From: Candidatus Levyibacteriota bacterium
Lineage (GTDB): Bacteria; Patescibacteriota; Microgenomatia; Levybacterales; UBA12049
DNA: 64,000 nt
NCBI GenBank assembly: GCA_018061075.1
Contig: JAGOUW010000001.1
Span: forward strand, 103,105 to 167,104
Reading direction: 5' to 3'
The notes under the pieces were generated by a model. It had not been told where the DNA came from. It saw nothing but the letters and a program-made list of their open reading frames with translations, and made no database searches. Shown piece by piece: positions 29,288-38,479 of the stretch. A program made the position numbers and the translations under genes. Position 1 is the stretch's first letter, and each line of letters begins with the position of its first letter.

Positions 29288-30898
29288 ATGGCAGGAAAAA
29301 TTAAAAAGTCTCCAAAGTCTGTCAAATTGCCAAGTAAAAAAACTTCTGAAAAATATGCATTAATAAGCGTTTTTGATAAAACAGGAATTGTAGAATTTGC
29401 AAAATCTTTAGTCAATTTAAACTATAAAATTATATCAACAGGAGGAACTGCAAAAGCATTACTAGATGAAGGGATAAAAATAATCCCAATCCAAGAAATA
29501 ACTGGAAATCCAGAGAGTTTTGATGGGCGGATGAAGACTATTAGTTTTCAAATAGAAAGTGGAATTTTATATGATAGGAAAAATCCAAAACACATTAAAG
29601 AAGCGAAAAAATTAAAAATAAAATCGATCGATATTGTTGTATGTAATTTATATCCATTTGAGAAAACTGTTTCAGATCCGAAAGTAACTCTTAAAGATGC
29701 AATAGAAAATATAGATGTGGGAGGGCCTACTATGATTAGGGCCGCAGCAAAAAATAATAAAAATGTTTTAGTAATTACAGATCCAATGGATTATCAAAAC
29801 ATTTCAGAATTGTTAAGCCAGAATAAGATTGATGAAAAAGTAAGATTAAATCTTTCCGCAAAAGCATTTAGGCATTTATCTTTTTATGATTCCCAGATAG
29901 CGAACTATCTTGAGTTTGGAAAAGGAAATTTTATTAATGAAATTGCAATTCCTGGCAGGAAGGTGATTGATCTTCGGTATGGAGATAATCCTCATCAGAA
30001 AGCTGCAGTATATATTGAGCCAAATACTAATTCTCCGCTTTCAAAACTTGAAAAAATTACAGGAAGAGATTTATCTGCAACAAATTTTACAGATATCTCT
30101 TCAGGTCTTGAATCAGTCAGAATTTTTAAAGAACCGGCTGCAGTAGTTATTAAGCATAATAGTCCATCGGGAATTGCCCTGGCGAATTCCGCCTCAGAGG
30201 CATTAAAAAGAGCGGTAGCTGCTGATCCGGAATCTGCATTTGGAGGAGTGATAGTACTTAATGAGCCAATTGATTTAAAGACTGCAAAAACATTTGCTGA
30301 TTTTAAAGAAGAGAACGGAGTACTAATTGATATTATTGCTGCGCCAAGTGTTAAAGCTGACGCTGTTGAGTTCATAAAACAGATTAGGAAAAGTACTGGA
30401 GTTTATGTATTTGGAAAAATTCCTAAAAAAAGATCAAACAATAAACACCTTAGATTTTTTGACGGAGGATTTGTAATGCAAGATTTTGATGATAATTTAA
30501 GTTTTAAAGATTGGAAAGTAGTTACTAAATCAAAACCAACCTCTTCTCAAATGAAGCAAATGAAAATCGCATGGAGCTTTATAGGAAGAATTAGATCGAA
30601 TACGATTTTAGTGATAGATAAAAATTTACCGATGACAAGGGGAATTGGATCTGGTCAAACATCCCGAGTGAGAGCAACGAAAATTGCACTTGAGCAGGCT
30701 GGAAAAAATGTTAATGGTGGAATTTTGGCGAGCGATAGTTTTTTTCCATTTGATGATAGCGTTAAGCTTGCTGTAAAAGCAGGAATTTCAGCAATAGTTC
30801 AGCAGGGAGGTTCTGTGAATGACCAAGCTTCAATTAATGAAGCAAATAAAGCAGGTATCCCAATGGTTTTTACAGGACAGCGAAAGTTCTGGCACTAA
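29288..30898 (+). CDS. purH: bifunctional AICAR transformylase / IMP cyclohydrolase
   Basis: MGS-like N-terminus 'ALISVFDKTG...STGGTAK' and 'VVCNLYPF'. C-terminal 'GSGQTSRV' and 'ASDSFFPF'. Confidence 0.9.
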   Translation: MAGKIKKSPKSVKLPSKKTSEKYALISVFDKTGIVEFAKSLVNLNYKIISTGGTAKALLDEGIKIIPIQEITGNPESFDGRMKTISFQIESGILYDRKNPKHIKEAKKLKIKSIDIVVCNLYPFEKTVSDPKVTLKDAIENIDVGGPTMIRAAAKNNKNVLVITDPMDYQNISELLSQNKIDEKVRLNLSAKAFRHLSFYDSQIANYLEFGKGNFINEIAIPGRKVIDLRYGDNPHQKAAVYIEPNTNSPLSKLEKITGRDLSATNFTDISSGLESVRIFKEPAAVVIKHNSPSGIALANSASEALKRAVAADPESAFGGVIVLNEPIDLKTAKTFADFKEENGVLIDIIAAPSVKADAVEFIKQIRKSTGVYVFGKIPKKRSNNKHLRFFDGGFVMQDFDDNLSFKDWKVVTKSKPTSSQMKQMKIAWSFIGRIRSNTILVIDKNLPMTRGIGSGQTSRVRATKIALEQAGKNVNGGILASDSFFPFDDSVKLAVKAGISAIVQQGGSVNDQASINEANKAGIPMVFTGQRKFWH

Positions 30899-31863
30899 TT
30901 CCTCAAGTACGTATCTATATACTCAAGATGTTCCTCGTAAGTAACTGAACAGTGTATCTCTCTGTTTTTATCATGAAGGTAAAAAATACAATCAGTATCC
31001 TGCGGATTTAATACTGCTTCAATTGCCGCAAGACTTGGATTTGAAATTGGATAAGGCGGAAGACCTGAATATTTATATGTGTTATATGGTGAATTAGTTT
31101 CTCTGATATCAGAACCAGTTACGACTGACCACCACTTTCCATCACGTTTTCCAATTGCGTACTGAATAGTAGCGTCTATATCAAGCTTTTGATTGTTATT
31201 TAATCTATTCCACATGACCCCAGCGATTAAAGGCATATCGTGTTCTCCTCCTGCTTCTCTTTGAATTAAAGATGCGATCTTAATTGCTGTAGTCCAGCGA
31301 ATATTTTTCTCTGCAAGGTCATCGTAGTAATCAGAAAATTTATCATTAAAATTATTTATCATCCGCGCTGCAATTAATTGACCATTTTCTTTAACAGGAA
31401 TTAGATACGTATCGGGAAAATAAACTCCCTCGGTGTATTCTTCTTTTTGGGTAGTGTATTCCGTATTCCATTTTTTTAATTCTTCGTCATCCCAATTTAA
31501 TGTTTCTTTTAGTCTTTCTCCAATTTGTTCTTTTCGCATTCCAGGAAGAACAGTTACCCATTTTAAATCTGGTCCTTGGGAAAGTGCATCAGCTACTTCA
31601 AATGCATCCATATTTTTAGAAAGATAATATCCTCCTGATTCGATTTTTTTATTTCCTGTTAAGGTCATAGCAATTTCAAATGCGGTCATAGATTTTACGA
31701 AGCCTGCTTCTTCAAGTTTTAAACCAGCGACTGCTTTTTTTTCAGAATCTAGAGTAATGATTTCTGTTTTGGGGCTTTTCCCAGGTGCTGCAAAAGGATT
31801 TAGAAAAACAAATCCTGCGATTAAAAAAACAAATACAAAAATAAGAATTAAAACCATTTTCAT
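30895..31863 (-). CDS. mltG: endolytic murein transglycosylase MltG (YceG-like)
   Basis: N-terminal anchor, 'EGVYFPDTY' and 'ASLIQREAG'. Confidence 0.85.
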   Translation of the reverse strand: MKMVLILIFVFVFLIAGFVFLNPFAAPGKSPKTEIITLDSEKKAVAGLKLEEAGFVKSMTAFEIAMTLTGNKKIESGGYYLSKNMDAFEVADALSQGPDLKWVTVLPGMRKEQIGERLKETLNWDDEELKKWNTEYTTQKEEYTEGVYFPDTYLIPVKENGQLIAARMINNFNDKFSDYYDDLAEKNIRWTTAIKIASLIQREAGGEHDMPLIAGVMWNRLNNNQKLDIDATIQYAIGKRDGKWWSVVTGSDIRETNSPYNTYKYSGLPPYPISNPSLAAIEAVLNPQDTDCIFYLHDKNREIHCSVTYEEHLEYIDTYLRN

Positions 31864-31893
31864 GGAGACCTATTATACCAGTTATTTTCTTAG

Positions 31894-33054
31894 CTAAGAA
31901 ATAAAATAACCTCTTGAGAAAAAGAAGGTAAGAATTGAAAGGAGAGTAATTGAAATTAAAAAATAAGCAAGTTTAAATTTTGCGCCAATAATTCCTATTA
32001 AAATATAAATTATAAAAGCTACAAGAATATATCTAGGCAATGCACTAAAGGTTCCAGATGATGCGGGGATTAATACTGCTAAAAAAGAAAAAAGAACATA
32101 AGAAAAACGAACCCTTTTTTTAAGTGCATAAATTACAACAAGGGAAATAAGAATAAAACTTCCAATCTCAAGAAGAGCTATCCACCATTCAAATTGCGCC
32201 GAGGAAGTGGTAAATAATATTTTTATATATCTATAGACTGTTTGGCCAAAGAATATGAAGCTATCAACGGATCTATTATTTAGAAAATTTCCTTGGGCTT
32301 TTATAAAGTATAAAAAACTACCTTCCTGAATCTGGTTATATAAAGAATATAAAATTAAACCAGTTGGGGTTGCCCAAATTCCACTTTTTATAAAATTCTT
32401 GATTGACCAGTCACGGCTTTTATAAAATTCGTAAATCAATACTGGGAAAATACAGATTCCTACAAGTCTTGTTAGTGTTAACAAGGATCCAAAAAAACTT
32501 GCCAGAAGCCATTGTTTTTTTCTGGCAAAATAAAATGAGGTAAAAAGAAGTAACAAGAAAAGACTTTCACTGTAAATAGATCCAAAGAAAAAGGAGGTCG
32601 GAAAAAATAATAAAGCTAGGATTGAAGTTTTAACTTGTTTGTCTGAATAGTCTAGTGAAAGGAGTTTATAAAAAATTAAAAGTGAAAGAAAAAAGGCTAA
32701 ATTTGATATTAGGAATCCACTAATTAAATATGCACTGTCAAAGTTTTCTGTAGCCCCAAAAATATTTGAGACTGGTTTAATTAATGTTGGATAAAGTGGG
32801 AAGAAGCCATAGTTATTCGTATAGCCATTTGATGCAATCGTTATGTAGTGGAGTCCGTCAAAATTTGCCCATGGAGAAAGATAAAGTTTATCAGCAATAT
32901 TTTTATCAATAGAATTTCTTGCATCAGTTATGCTGGTATATTCGTAGCCAGGTCTATATTCAAGTTTTTTTTCTGCAACAAAAACAGGAATAAAAAGAAA
33001 AAGACGCCAGATTATAAAAGATAAAGCCAGGAATGCAAATGTTTTCCTTTGCAT
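31894..33054 (-). CDS. PIG-V-like mannosyltransferase family membrane protein (start revised from 33291)
   Basis: 'SPWANFDGLHYITIASNGY...FFPLYPTLI' pattern. TGtTATACT (33069..33061) sits 6 nt upstream of ATG 33054. Confidence 0.55.
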   Translation of the reverse strand: MQRKTFAFLALSFIIWRLFLFIPVFVAEKKLEYRPGYEYTSITDARNSIDKNIADKLYLSPWANFDGLHYITIASNGYTNNYGFFPLYPTLIKPVSNIFGATENFDSAYLISGFLISNLAFFLSLLIFYKLLSLDYSDKQVKTSILALLFFPTSFFFGSIYSESLFLLLLFTSFYFARKKQWLLASFFGSLLTLTRLVGICIFPVLIYEFYKSRDWSIKNFIKSGIWATPTGLILYSLYNQIQEGSFLYFIKAQGNFLNNRSVDSFIFFGQTVYRYIKILFTTSSAQFEWWIALLEIGSFILISLVVIYALKKRVRFSYVLFSFLAVLIPASSGTFSALPRYILVAFIIYILIGIIGAKFKLAYFLISITLLSILTFFFSRGYFIS

Positions 33055-33060
33055 GAATTT

Positions 33061-33069
33061 AGTATAACA
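33061..33069 (-). promoter_or_regulatory. extended -10 (TGtTATACT), 6 nt before ATG 33054
   Basis: Read directly. The 18-nt promoter-to-ATG string matches 45666..45683 at 17 of 18 positions. Confidence 0.6.
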
Positions 33070-33088
33070 AAGCTTAGTTAAATTGCTA

Positions 33089-33097
33089 TGGTATAAT
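33089..33097 (+). promoter_or_regulatory. extended -10 (TGgTATAAT), 6 nt before GTG 33104
   Basis: Read directly. Confidence 0.55.
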
Positions 33098-33103
33098 TCG
33101 CAA

Positions 33104-33391
33104 GTGCGACCAAAAGAAACTCTGTTGGGAAATTCGGATATCTTTTTTAAGCCTGTTTCTGGAAAAAGAATTACAGGGCCAAAAGCATGGGCCCTAAACA
33201 CTGCTCTTCGTTTCGGAGCATTAGTGATGTGTCCGGGAGATGATATTGCTATGATTGCAGCATCTTCCTCGAATGCTATTGATCCGCACACTTTTTCCCC
33301 CGCCGCAATACTATACGAGAGTCCTAAATTAACTAAGCCAAAATTTGTTTATCCGAAAAGAAGAAATATGGCTCCTGATATTTCATTATGA
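33104..33391 (+). CDS. possible 95-aa orphan protein (leaderless GTG start); alternatively a structured 5' leader of truB
   Basis: TGgTATAAT (33089..33097) lies 6 nt before GTG 33104. The frame is open to a TGA that overlaps the truB ATG (ATGA). The segment is GC-rich, and the opposite strand is also open. Confidence 0.35.
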   Translation: MRPKETLLGNSDIFFKPVSGKRITGPKAWALNTALRFGALVMCPGDDIAMIAASSSNAIDPHTFSPAAILYESPKLTKPKFVYPKRRNMAPDISL

Positions 33392-34152
33392 AAAAAATAA
33401 ATCCGGTCTGGAAGCCGGTTGGCTGGACTCCCTTAAGAGCTGTTTTAGAATTTAAAAAATCAAAACCAGAGTTTGAAAATATCATAGTTTCTTATGCAGG
33501 GCGTCTTGACCCGATGGCTGAAGGAATATTAATTCTTTTAGTTGGTAATGAGAATAAAAAAAGACATAAATATGAAGATTTAGAAAAAACGTATGAATCA
33601 GAAATTATTTTAGGAATCTCTACTGATTCTTATGATGGTTTAGGAATTACTGAAAGAATTGTTCAGAAGGAGATTGCGAAAAAAGAAATCGAAAAAGAAT
33701 TAGAAACATTTCTAGGAAAACAAAAACAAAAATACCCACCATACTCATCAAAAGCAGTAAAAGGAAAATCTCTATACTGGTGGGCTAGAAATGAAAAACT
33801 TGATGAAATAAAAATTCCAGCAAGAAGTATTGAGATTTACTCTATTAAGCTTTTGGATTATGAAATTATCAGCGCATCAGATTTAGTCAAAAATATTATT
33901 GAAAAAGTAAAACTAATTGAAGGAGATTTTAGGCAAAAGGAAATTATATATAATTGGAAAAATTTTGAAAAAGAAAATAGAGATAGTCAGTTTATAAAAA
34001 TAAAAATAAATTTGTCTAGTTCATCGGGCACTTATGTTAGAAGAATTGCATCTGATTTGGGAGAAAGATTAGGATCTATGGCATTTGCATTTTCTATTAC
34101 AAGAATAGGAGTTGGAAAATTTAAAAAAGAAGATTGTATTAATTATTTTTGA
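33388..34152 (+). CDS. truB: tRNA pseudouridine(55) synthase
   Basis: 'GRLDPMAEGILILLVG' catalytic Asp motif. 'YSSKAVKGKSLYWWAR'. Confidence 0.85.
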   Translation: MKKINPVWKPVGWTPLRAVLEFKKSKPEFENIIVSYAGRLDPMAEGILILLVGNENKKRHKYEDLEKTYESEIILGISTDSYDGLGITERIVQKEIAKKEIEKELETFLGKQKQKYPPYSSKAVKGKSLYWWARNEKLDEIKIPARSIEIYSIKLLDYEIISASDLVKNIIEKVKLIEGDFRQKEIIYNWKNFEKENRDSQFIKIKINLSSSSGTYVRRIASDLGERLGSMAFAFSITRIGVGKFKKEDCINYF

Positions 34153-35435
34153 TACGCTTTTCCGAGAAGTTTATAAGATTTAGATTTCATTGCTAATATT
34201 GTAATTATAAGCCCAATTAATCCAGAAATAATAAATACCAGTGCTATTCCTCGTCCTGTTCCTGTTCCAAACCAACTTCCTATTAAATCAACCCCGCGCC
34301 CAGTGGTCATAAAAGGAATAAATAATAATTGAGCGATGGGGCCTATCATAAAAGCTGTAAGAGGAGATCCGGCTTGTTCTATGCTTTGAGCAAATCCAAA
34401 AACTCTTCCCTGTCTTTCATCGGGAACCACCTTTTGAATAATCGTTTGCTCAGTGGCTTCTATAAAAGGAAATAGAATCATCCAGAGTAATCCTCCAATA
34501 GTAAGAAGAACTATAGATGGTTGAATTGTGAAAAATATACACCCGATCCAGATAATTATATTTGCACGGAATAATGTTTTTAGTGGGTTTTTCCCAAGAC
34601 CTAATTTAGCTATTAATAATCCTCCAGCGATAAATCCGAAGCTTAAAAATCCCCAAAGTGTTCCCCATGTCTGAACGTTTACTAATGAAAGTCCATAGGC
34701 ATCCATTAAAGCCATAAAAACACCACCCAAAAGATTATTAAAAGTTGTAAAAAGAATTAAAGGTAAAAGGCCAGGGATATTTCTAATAACTTTGAAAGTG
34801 CCCTTGATATCTATTTTTTTAGGTTTCATTTCTCCGACATGAGCTATGGTTTTTTCAGGAATTTTTATTAACATTAAGAGTCCAATTGCAGTAATTGTTA
34901 GAATTACAGCAATTGCCATAACTGCAGTCATTCCACCAAATGCTAAGGTGAATCCGCTCCCAACTGAAGTGATTGCAAATGAAATTCCCATCACGGTTCC
35001 AAATAGTCCATTCGCTTTATCTCTTATTTTTTCAGGAACAAGAACTGTAACAAGAGTTGGAATTGCGATTCCATAAATATTTCCAGACACGACACCTGCC
35101 ATAAGTGTTAATGCAAATATCCAAAGAATCGGGCTTCCTACATTCGTAAAAAGATTTTCTGGAGTGAGTGAGGAAATTAAAAAACCTATAGAGAAAAGTA
35201 TTAAAGTTGCGAAGCTTGAAAGAAGCATCACGAGTTTTTTCTTGTAATGATCGACAAGGGAACCAAACCAAAAAGCTGAAATTGCTGTTGCTACTAAATA
35301 AATTCCTCCCACGAATCCAGTAGAAATTACAGATTTTGTCTCAAGATATGCGAAAAAAGTTAGCGCAAACCAAACGAAGTTGTTTGTGGCGGTTACAATT
35401 AATGCTACCACAAGAAGTTTATAGAATGTTTTCAC
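34143..35435 (-). CDS. MFS transporter
   Basis: 12 TM helices. GTG start sits 6 nt after TATAAT (35447..35442). Confidence 0.7.
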   Translation of the reverse strand: MKTFYKLLVVALIVTATNNFVWFALTFFAYLETKSVISTGFVGGIYLVATAISAFWFGSLVDHYKKKLVMLLSSFATLILFSIGFLISSLTPENLFTNVGSPILWIFALTLMAGVVSGNIYGIAIPTLVTVLVPEKIRDKANGLFGTVMGISFAITSVGSGFTLAFGGMTAVMAIAVILTITAIGLLMLIKIPEKTIAHVGEMKPKKIDIKGTFKVIRNIPGLLPLILFTTFNNLLGGVFMALMDAYGLSLVNVQTWGTLWGFLSFGFIAGGLLIAKLGLGKNPLKTLFRANIIIWIGCIFFTIQPSIVLLTIGGLLWMILFPFIEATEQTIIQKVVPDERQGRVFGFAQSIEQAGSPLTAFMIGPIAQLLFIPFMTTGRGVDLIGSWFGTGTGRGIALVFIISGLIGLIITILAMKSKSYKLLGKAYQK

Positions 35436-35538
35436 TGATTAATTATATAAAATTTATTATGATTTCGCAGTGATATTAGGTGTATTCCAGTAACTCTAAC
35501 TCGGGTTCTTTAAAGTTCATTTCGATACTATTATAACG

Positions 35539-36453
35539 TTATTTTATTATTTCTCTGGCTGTTAGTGCTTGAAGAGAGGGATCTATTTTATTAATCATTT
35601 TTTTTAGTATATCTCCTGGACCAACATCTATAAAATGTCCTACGCCATCTGAAGACAATCTTCTAATAGTATCTAGCCAAAGAACTCTTCCAGTTGGCTG
35701 ATCAATTAGCTCTCGGCTTACCTGACTTGAATTAGCGGCATAATCTGCAGTTAAATTCATAACTAAGGGAATGCTCAGGTCGCTAATGGGCTCATCTGCC
35801 ATCACGCGTTCCATCTCTTCAGTAACAGGTTTCATGAGAGAGGAGTGGGAGGCGACTGTGACTTTTAATTTTATCGATTTACCTTTTCTTTCTGCTGCAA
35901 GCGTATTTGCGAAAGTTACAGAATCATTTCTCCCAGAAATAACTATTTGATTCTGGGTATTAATGTTTGCGATTTCTGCTCCTGATTTTTCGCAAATTCT
36001 TTCAACTTCTGAAAGACTTAGTCCAAAGACTGCTGACATTCCGCCAGGATTTATTTTTCCAGCCCCCTCCATCATAAGACCTCTTGCCCGGACTAATCTA
36101 AGTGCTTGCTCAAAGCTTATTGCCTCTGCTGCTACTAATGCGGAGTATTCGCCTAAGCTATGACCCGCCACTACATCTGCCTGCATCCCTCTTTCTCTTA
36201 AAATTCTTAGAGCTGCAATGCTTGCGGTTAGAATTACTGGTTCCGTGAGACCTGGTTGAGCAAGTTTTTGTTCTGCTCCAGTTAAACTTGCCTTTTTAAT
36301 ACGCATCCTTAAAGTATCATCTGCTTCTTCATAAGTTCTTGAAGCAGATCTTGCTACATCTGGATTTTCATGAAAAAGAAGTTCTGCGCCCATTCCTGTT
36401 TTTTGGACTCCTTGACCCGGAAAAACGAAAGCTTGTAGTGACTCTTTTGGCAT
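35539..36453 (-). CDS. fabD: [acyl-carrier-protein] S-malonyltransferase
   Basis: 'FVFPGQGVQ', 'GHSLGEYSALVAA' and 'VASHSSLM'. GC-rich (36121-36180 = 32/60). TGcTATAAT sits 8 nt upstream of the ATG. Confidence 0.85.
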   Translation of the reverse strand: MPKESLQAFVFPGQGVQKTGMGAELLFHENPDVARSASRTYEEADDTLRMRIKKASLTGAEQKLAQPGLTEPVILTASIAALRILRERGMQADVVAGHSLGEYSALVAAEAISFEQALRLVRARGLMMEGAGKINPGGMSAVFGLSLSEVERICEKSGAEIANINTQNQIVISGRNDSVTFANTLAAERKGKSIKLKVTVASHSSLMKPVTEEMERVMADEPISDLSIPLVMNLTADYAANSSQVSRELIDQPTGRVLWLDTIRRLSSDGVGHFIDVGPGDILKKMINKIDPSLQALTAREIIK

Positions 36454-36461
36454 AAGCCGCC

Positions 36462-36470
36462 ATTATAGCA
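36462..36470 (-). promoter_or_regulatory. extended -10 (TGcTATAAT), 8 nt before fabD ATG 36453
   Basis: Read directly. It fits in a 21-bp intergenic gap. Confidence 0.6.
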
Positions 36471-36474
36471 GAAC

Positions 36475-38127
36475 TTATTTAAAAATTAGCTTTTGAGAGG
36501 TTAAATCTATTTCTATGGTTTCACTTTTGTTAGTTTGTATTATAACTTTACCTGGACTTTCTGAATATGTGAATTCTGAATCGTTTTCAAAAGAGTTTTT
36601 ATTTTCATCGGTTAATTTTTTATACTTATTTTCATCAATAAGATAGGTTAGCTCATTTTTCTTTAGGTCGTATAAGAAAATATTTGGTTGTTTCGTTGTA
36701 TACCCCATTCCTCCGAATCCTGCTTTTGCCTGAACGATAATATAATTTTCATCAGCCGTTACATATAGGTTGTCAAATCTATAATCCGTTGGAATTGTTT
36801 CTTCGCTATATATTTCTGGAAACGAATTATCTTCCAAAGTATATATTTTATCTCCAATAATATAACGTTTTCCATTTACTACATTAGATGCATCATTATA
36901 TATAGCAGATAAATTTAATTGGATAACTTTATTTGTTTTTGAATTTATATATTCAAACTTTGAAGAATCAGAGTCTCCGTTATAAGGAATATATGAATCG
37001 GGAAAATATTTATCTCTGTAGTCAGAAATTTTTATATCGTCTGAAATATTCTCAACAACTATGCTCCAATCTTTTTTAGATTCGTTGTATTTAATAATTG
37101 ATTTATTTACGTCATCAAATCCTGAGCGTGTAGTTAGATACATATTGTCTTTTGATATCGCAGTTGTATATACATCAAAATCATCAGAAGCTCCAACAAT
37201 TTTTATAAGCGATTGATTATCGAAATTTTTTTTATTAATGAAATCCGGATCGAAAACTACAACTCCCATTGGGCAATTCCCGCTCGCTTGGGGTATGGCC
37301 CATGCATATTTATCGTTGCTCCACACATTCATCCATGAGCATGCAGGAGGAAATCCGAGATCTTCTTCAGTGTGATATGCGGCTTTATCAGAAGCTACGT
37401 CAATGGTGAAGACTCCATTTAGTACTCCTGCCCAGATAGTATTTCCCAATGATGTAATTCTTATATTTGTAAGATCAGGGTAGTCGCTTTGTACATTTGT
37501 ATAATCTGGATTATCAAATGACTTGTATTCTGAATATCTTTTTACTGCGTTTCCTGTTTTTAAATCTATTTTATAAATACTTTTACCCAAAGATTTATGA
37601 GTTTTTTCTTCGGAATAGTTTCCATTGCATGCTGCATATATGAAATTGCCAATGATAGTAAAGGAATGATTGCAGTCAAATATTCGAGTGTCTTGAGTCC
37701 TAATAATTTTATTAGCTACTGGATCATATTCAACTATTCTTAATCTACTTCCAATAATTAAATTATTATTATATTCACCAACAAATCTTATGTCTTCTAC
37801 TCGAGGAAGATCTGAGACTGTTATGGTTTTGAAGTAAGGTACATATGGGATTAAAACTTTTTCAATCAGAACATCCTCTGATTTCATTACGTTATTTAAA
37901 TTTTCAACAGAAAGCTTTGTGTCTGTGGCTGTATTTTGGTTAACTTTTTTAGTTTCTGAAAAATGTTTTACTGCAAATATTAAAACTGGGCTAACTAGGA
38001 GAAAAATAATTAATAATAAAAACTTTTTATTTTTAAAACTGAACTTTTTTGATTGAGACTCTAGGTCGTCTGAGTGGCTAATCAGGGTTTCGTCTTGTAC
38101 TTGCAAGTTAGAGTCTTTGGGATTCAT
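36475..38127 (-). CDS. hypothetical N-terminally anchored extracytoplasmic protein (beta-rich, propeller-like)
   Basis: One TM helix (LLLIIFLLVSPVLIFAV) followed by about 480 aa rich in N/Y/D/I. No motif was recognised. Confidence 0.45.
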   Translation of the reverse strand: MNPKDSNLQVQDETLISHSDDLESQSKKFSFKNKKFLLLIIFLLVSPVLIFAVKHFSETKKVNQNTATDTKLSVENLNNVMKSEDVLIEKVLIPYVPYFKTITVSDLPRVEDIRFVGEYNNNLIIGSRLRIVEYDPVANKIIRTQDTRIFDCNHSFTIIGNFIYAACNGNYSEEKTHKSLGKSIYKIDLKTGNAVKRYSEYKSFDNPDYTNVQSDYPDLTNIRITSLGNTIWAGVLNGVFTIDVASDKAAYHTEEDLGFPPACSWMNVWSNDKYAWAIPQASGNCPMGVVVFDPDFINKKNFDNQSLIKIVGASDDFDVYTTAISKDNMYLTTRSGFDDVNKSIIKYNESKKDWSIVVENISDDIKISDYRDKYFPDSYIPYNGDSDSSKFEYINSKTNKVIQLNLSAIYNDASNVVNGKRYIIGDKIYTLEDNSFPEIYSEETIPTDYRFDNLYVTADENYIIVQAKAGFGGMGYTTKQPNIFLYDLKKNELTYLIDENKYKKLTDENKNSFENDSEFTYSESPGKVIIQTNKSETIEIDLTSQKLIFK

Positions 38128-38182
38128 GAATCAAGCATTTCAGATTTATAAATCTATGTCAAACTTGATGACGTTTTGGTGA

Positions 38183-38458
38183 TTAGATTTTTTGTCCGTC
38201 TACCCAAGGTCTTGAGCTTAATGTCCTTGCATCAAAAACATCTCCGCGTTGTAGTGGCGGGCGAGGAAAATATACTGGAATTAGGGGAGCCATCATAAAA
38301 TATGATCGAACTCTAGTGTCCATTAGATTTTTTCCTGTATCAACTATATATCTTTGAGATGATGGATCAGGATTTCTTAAGACAGCTGCTACTGTTCCTT
38401 CAACTTTTTTCCCAAGTATAAAATCCGACATTCTCCGGCCAAGTTCACCTTTTTGCAT
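38183..38458 (-). CDS. hypothetical protein (GC-rich orphan, 91 aa)
   Basis: TGaTATAAT (38473..38465) sits 6 nt upstream of the ATG. Composition differs from the neighbours. Confidence 0.5.
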   Translation of the reverse strand: MQKGELGRRMSDFILGKKVEGTVAAVLRNPDPSSQRYIVDTGKNLMDTRVRSYFMMAPLIPVYFPRPPLQRGDVFDARTLSSRPWVDGQKI

Positions 38459-38464
38459 TCGGAG

Positions 38465-38473
38465 ATTATATCA
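38465..38473 (-). promoter_or_regulatory. extended -10 (TGaTATAAT), 6 nt before ATG 38458
   Basis: Read directly. Confidence 0.6.
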
Positions 38474-38479
38474 CAGTGA

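Noticed and set aside
33055-33291. The ORF track adds a 79-aa N-terminal extension to the PIG-V-like protein. It begins 'MCGS...', which looks like the Cys-after-Met start of an Ntn amidotransferase.
   Set aside because: The extension starts at a GTG with no promoter signal. A textbook TGtTATACT-6-ATG start exists at 33054, immediately before the first TM helix. The extension is best explained as an open antisense frame in GC-rich DNA.
33104-33390. I tried to assign the GC-rich segment upstream of truB to a known RNA class: tmRNA, RNase P RNA, SRP/4.5S RNA or 6S RNA.
   Set aside because: I could not find the diagnostic strings on either strand. These were the tmRNA GGGG 5' end with a T-arm and ACCA 3' end, RNase P GAGGAAAGUCCGGGC / ACAGAAnCCGGCUUA, and the SRP GGAA tetraloop with AGCAGC. 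The length and order of the weak similarities did not fit either. It is kept only as 'unknown RNA or orphan CDS'.
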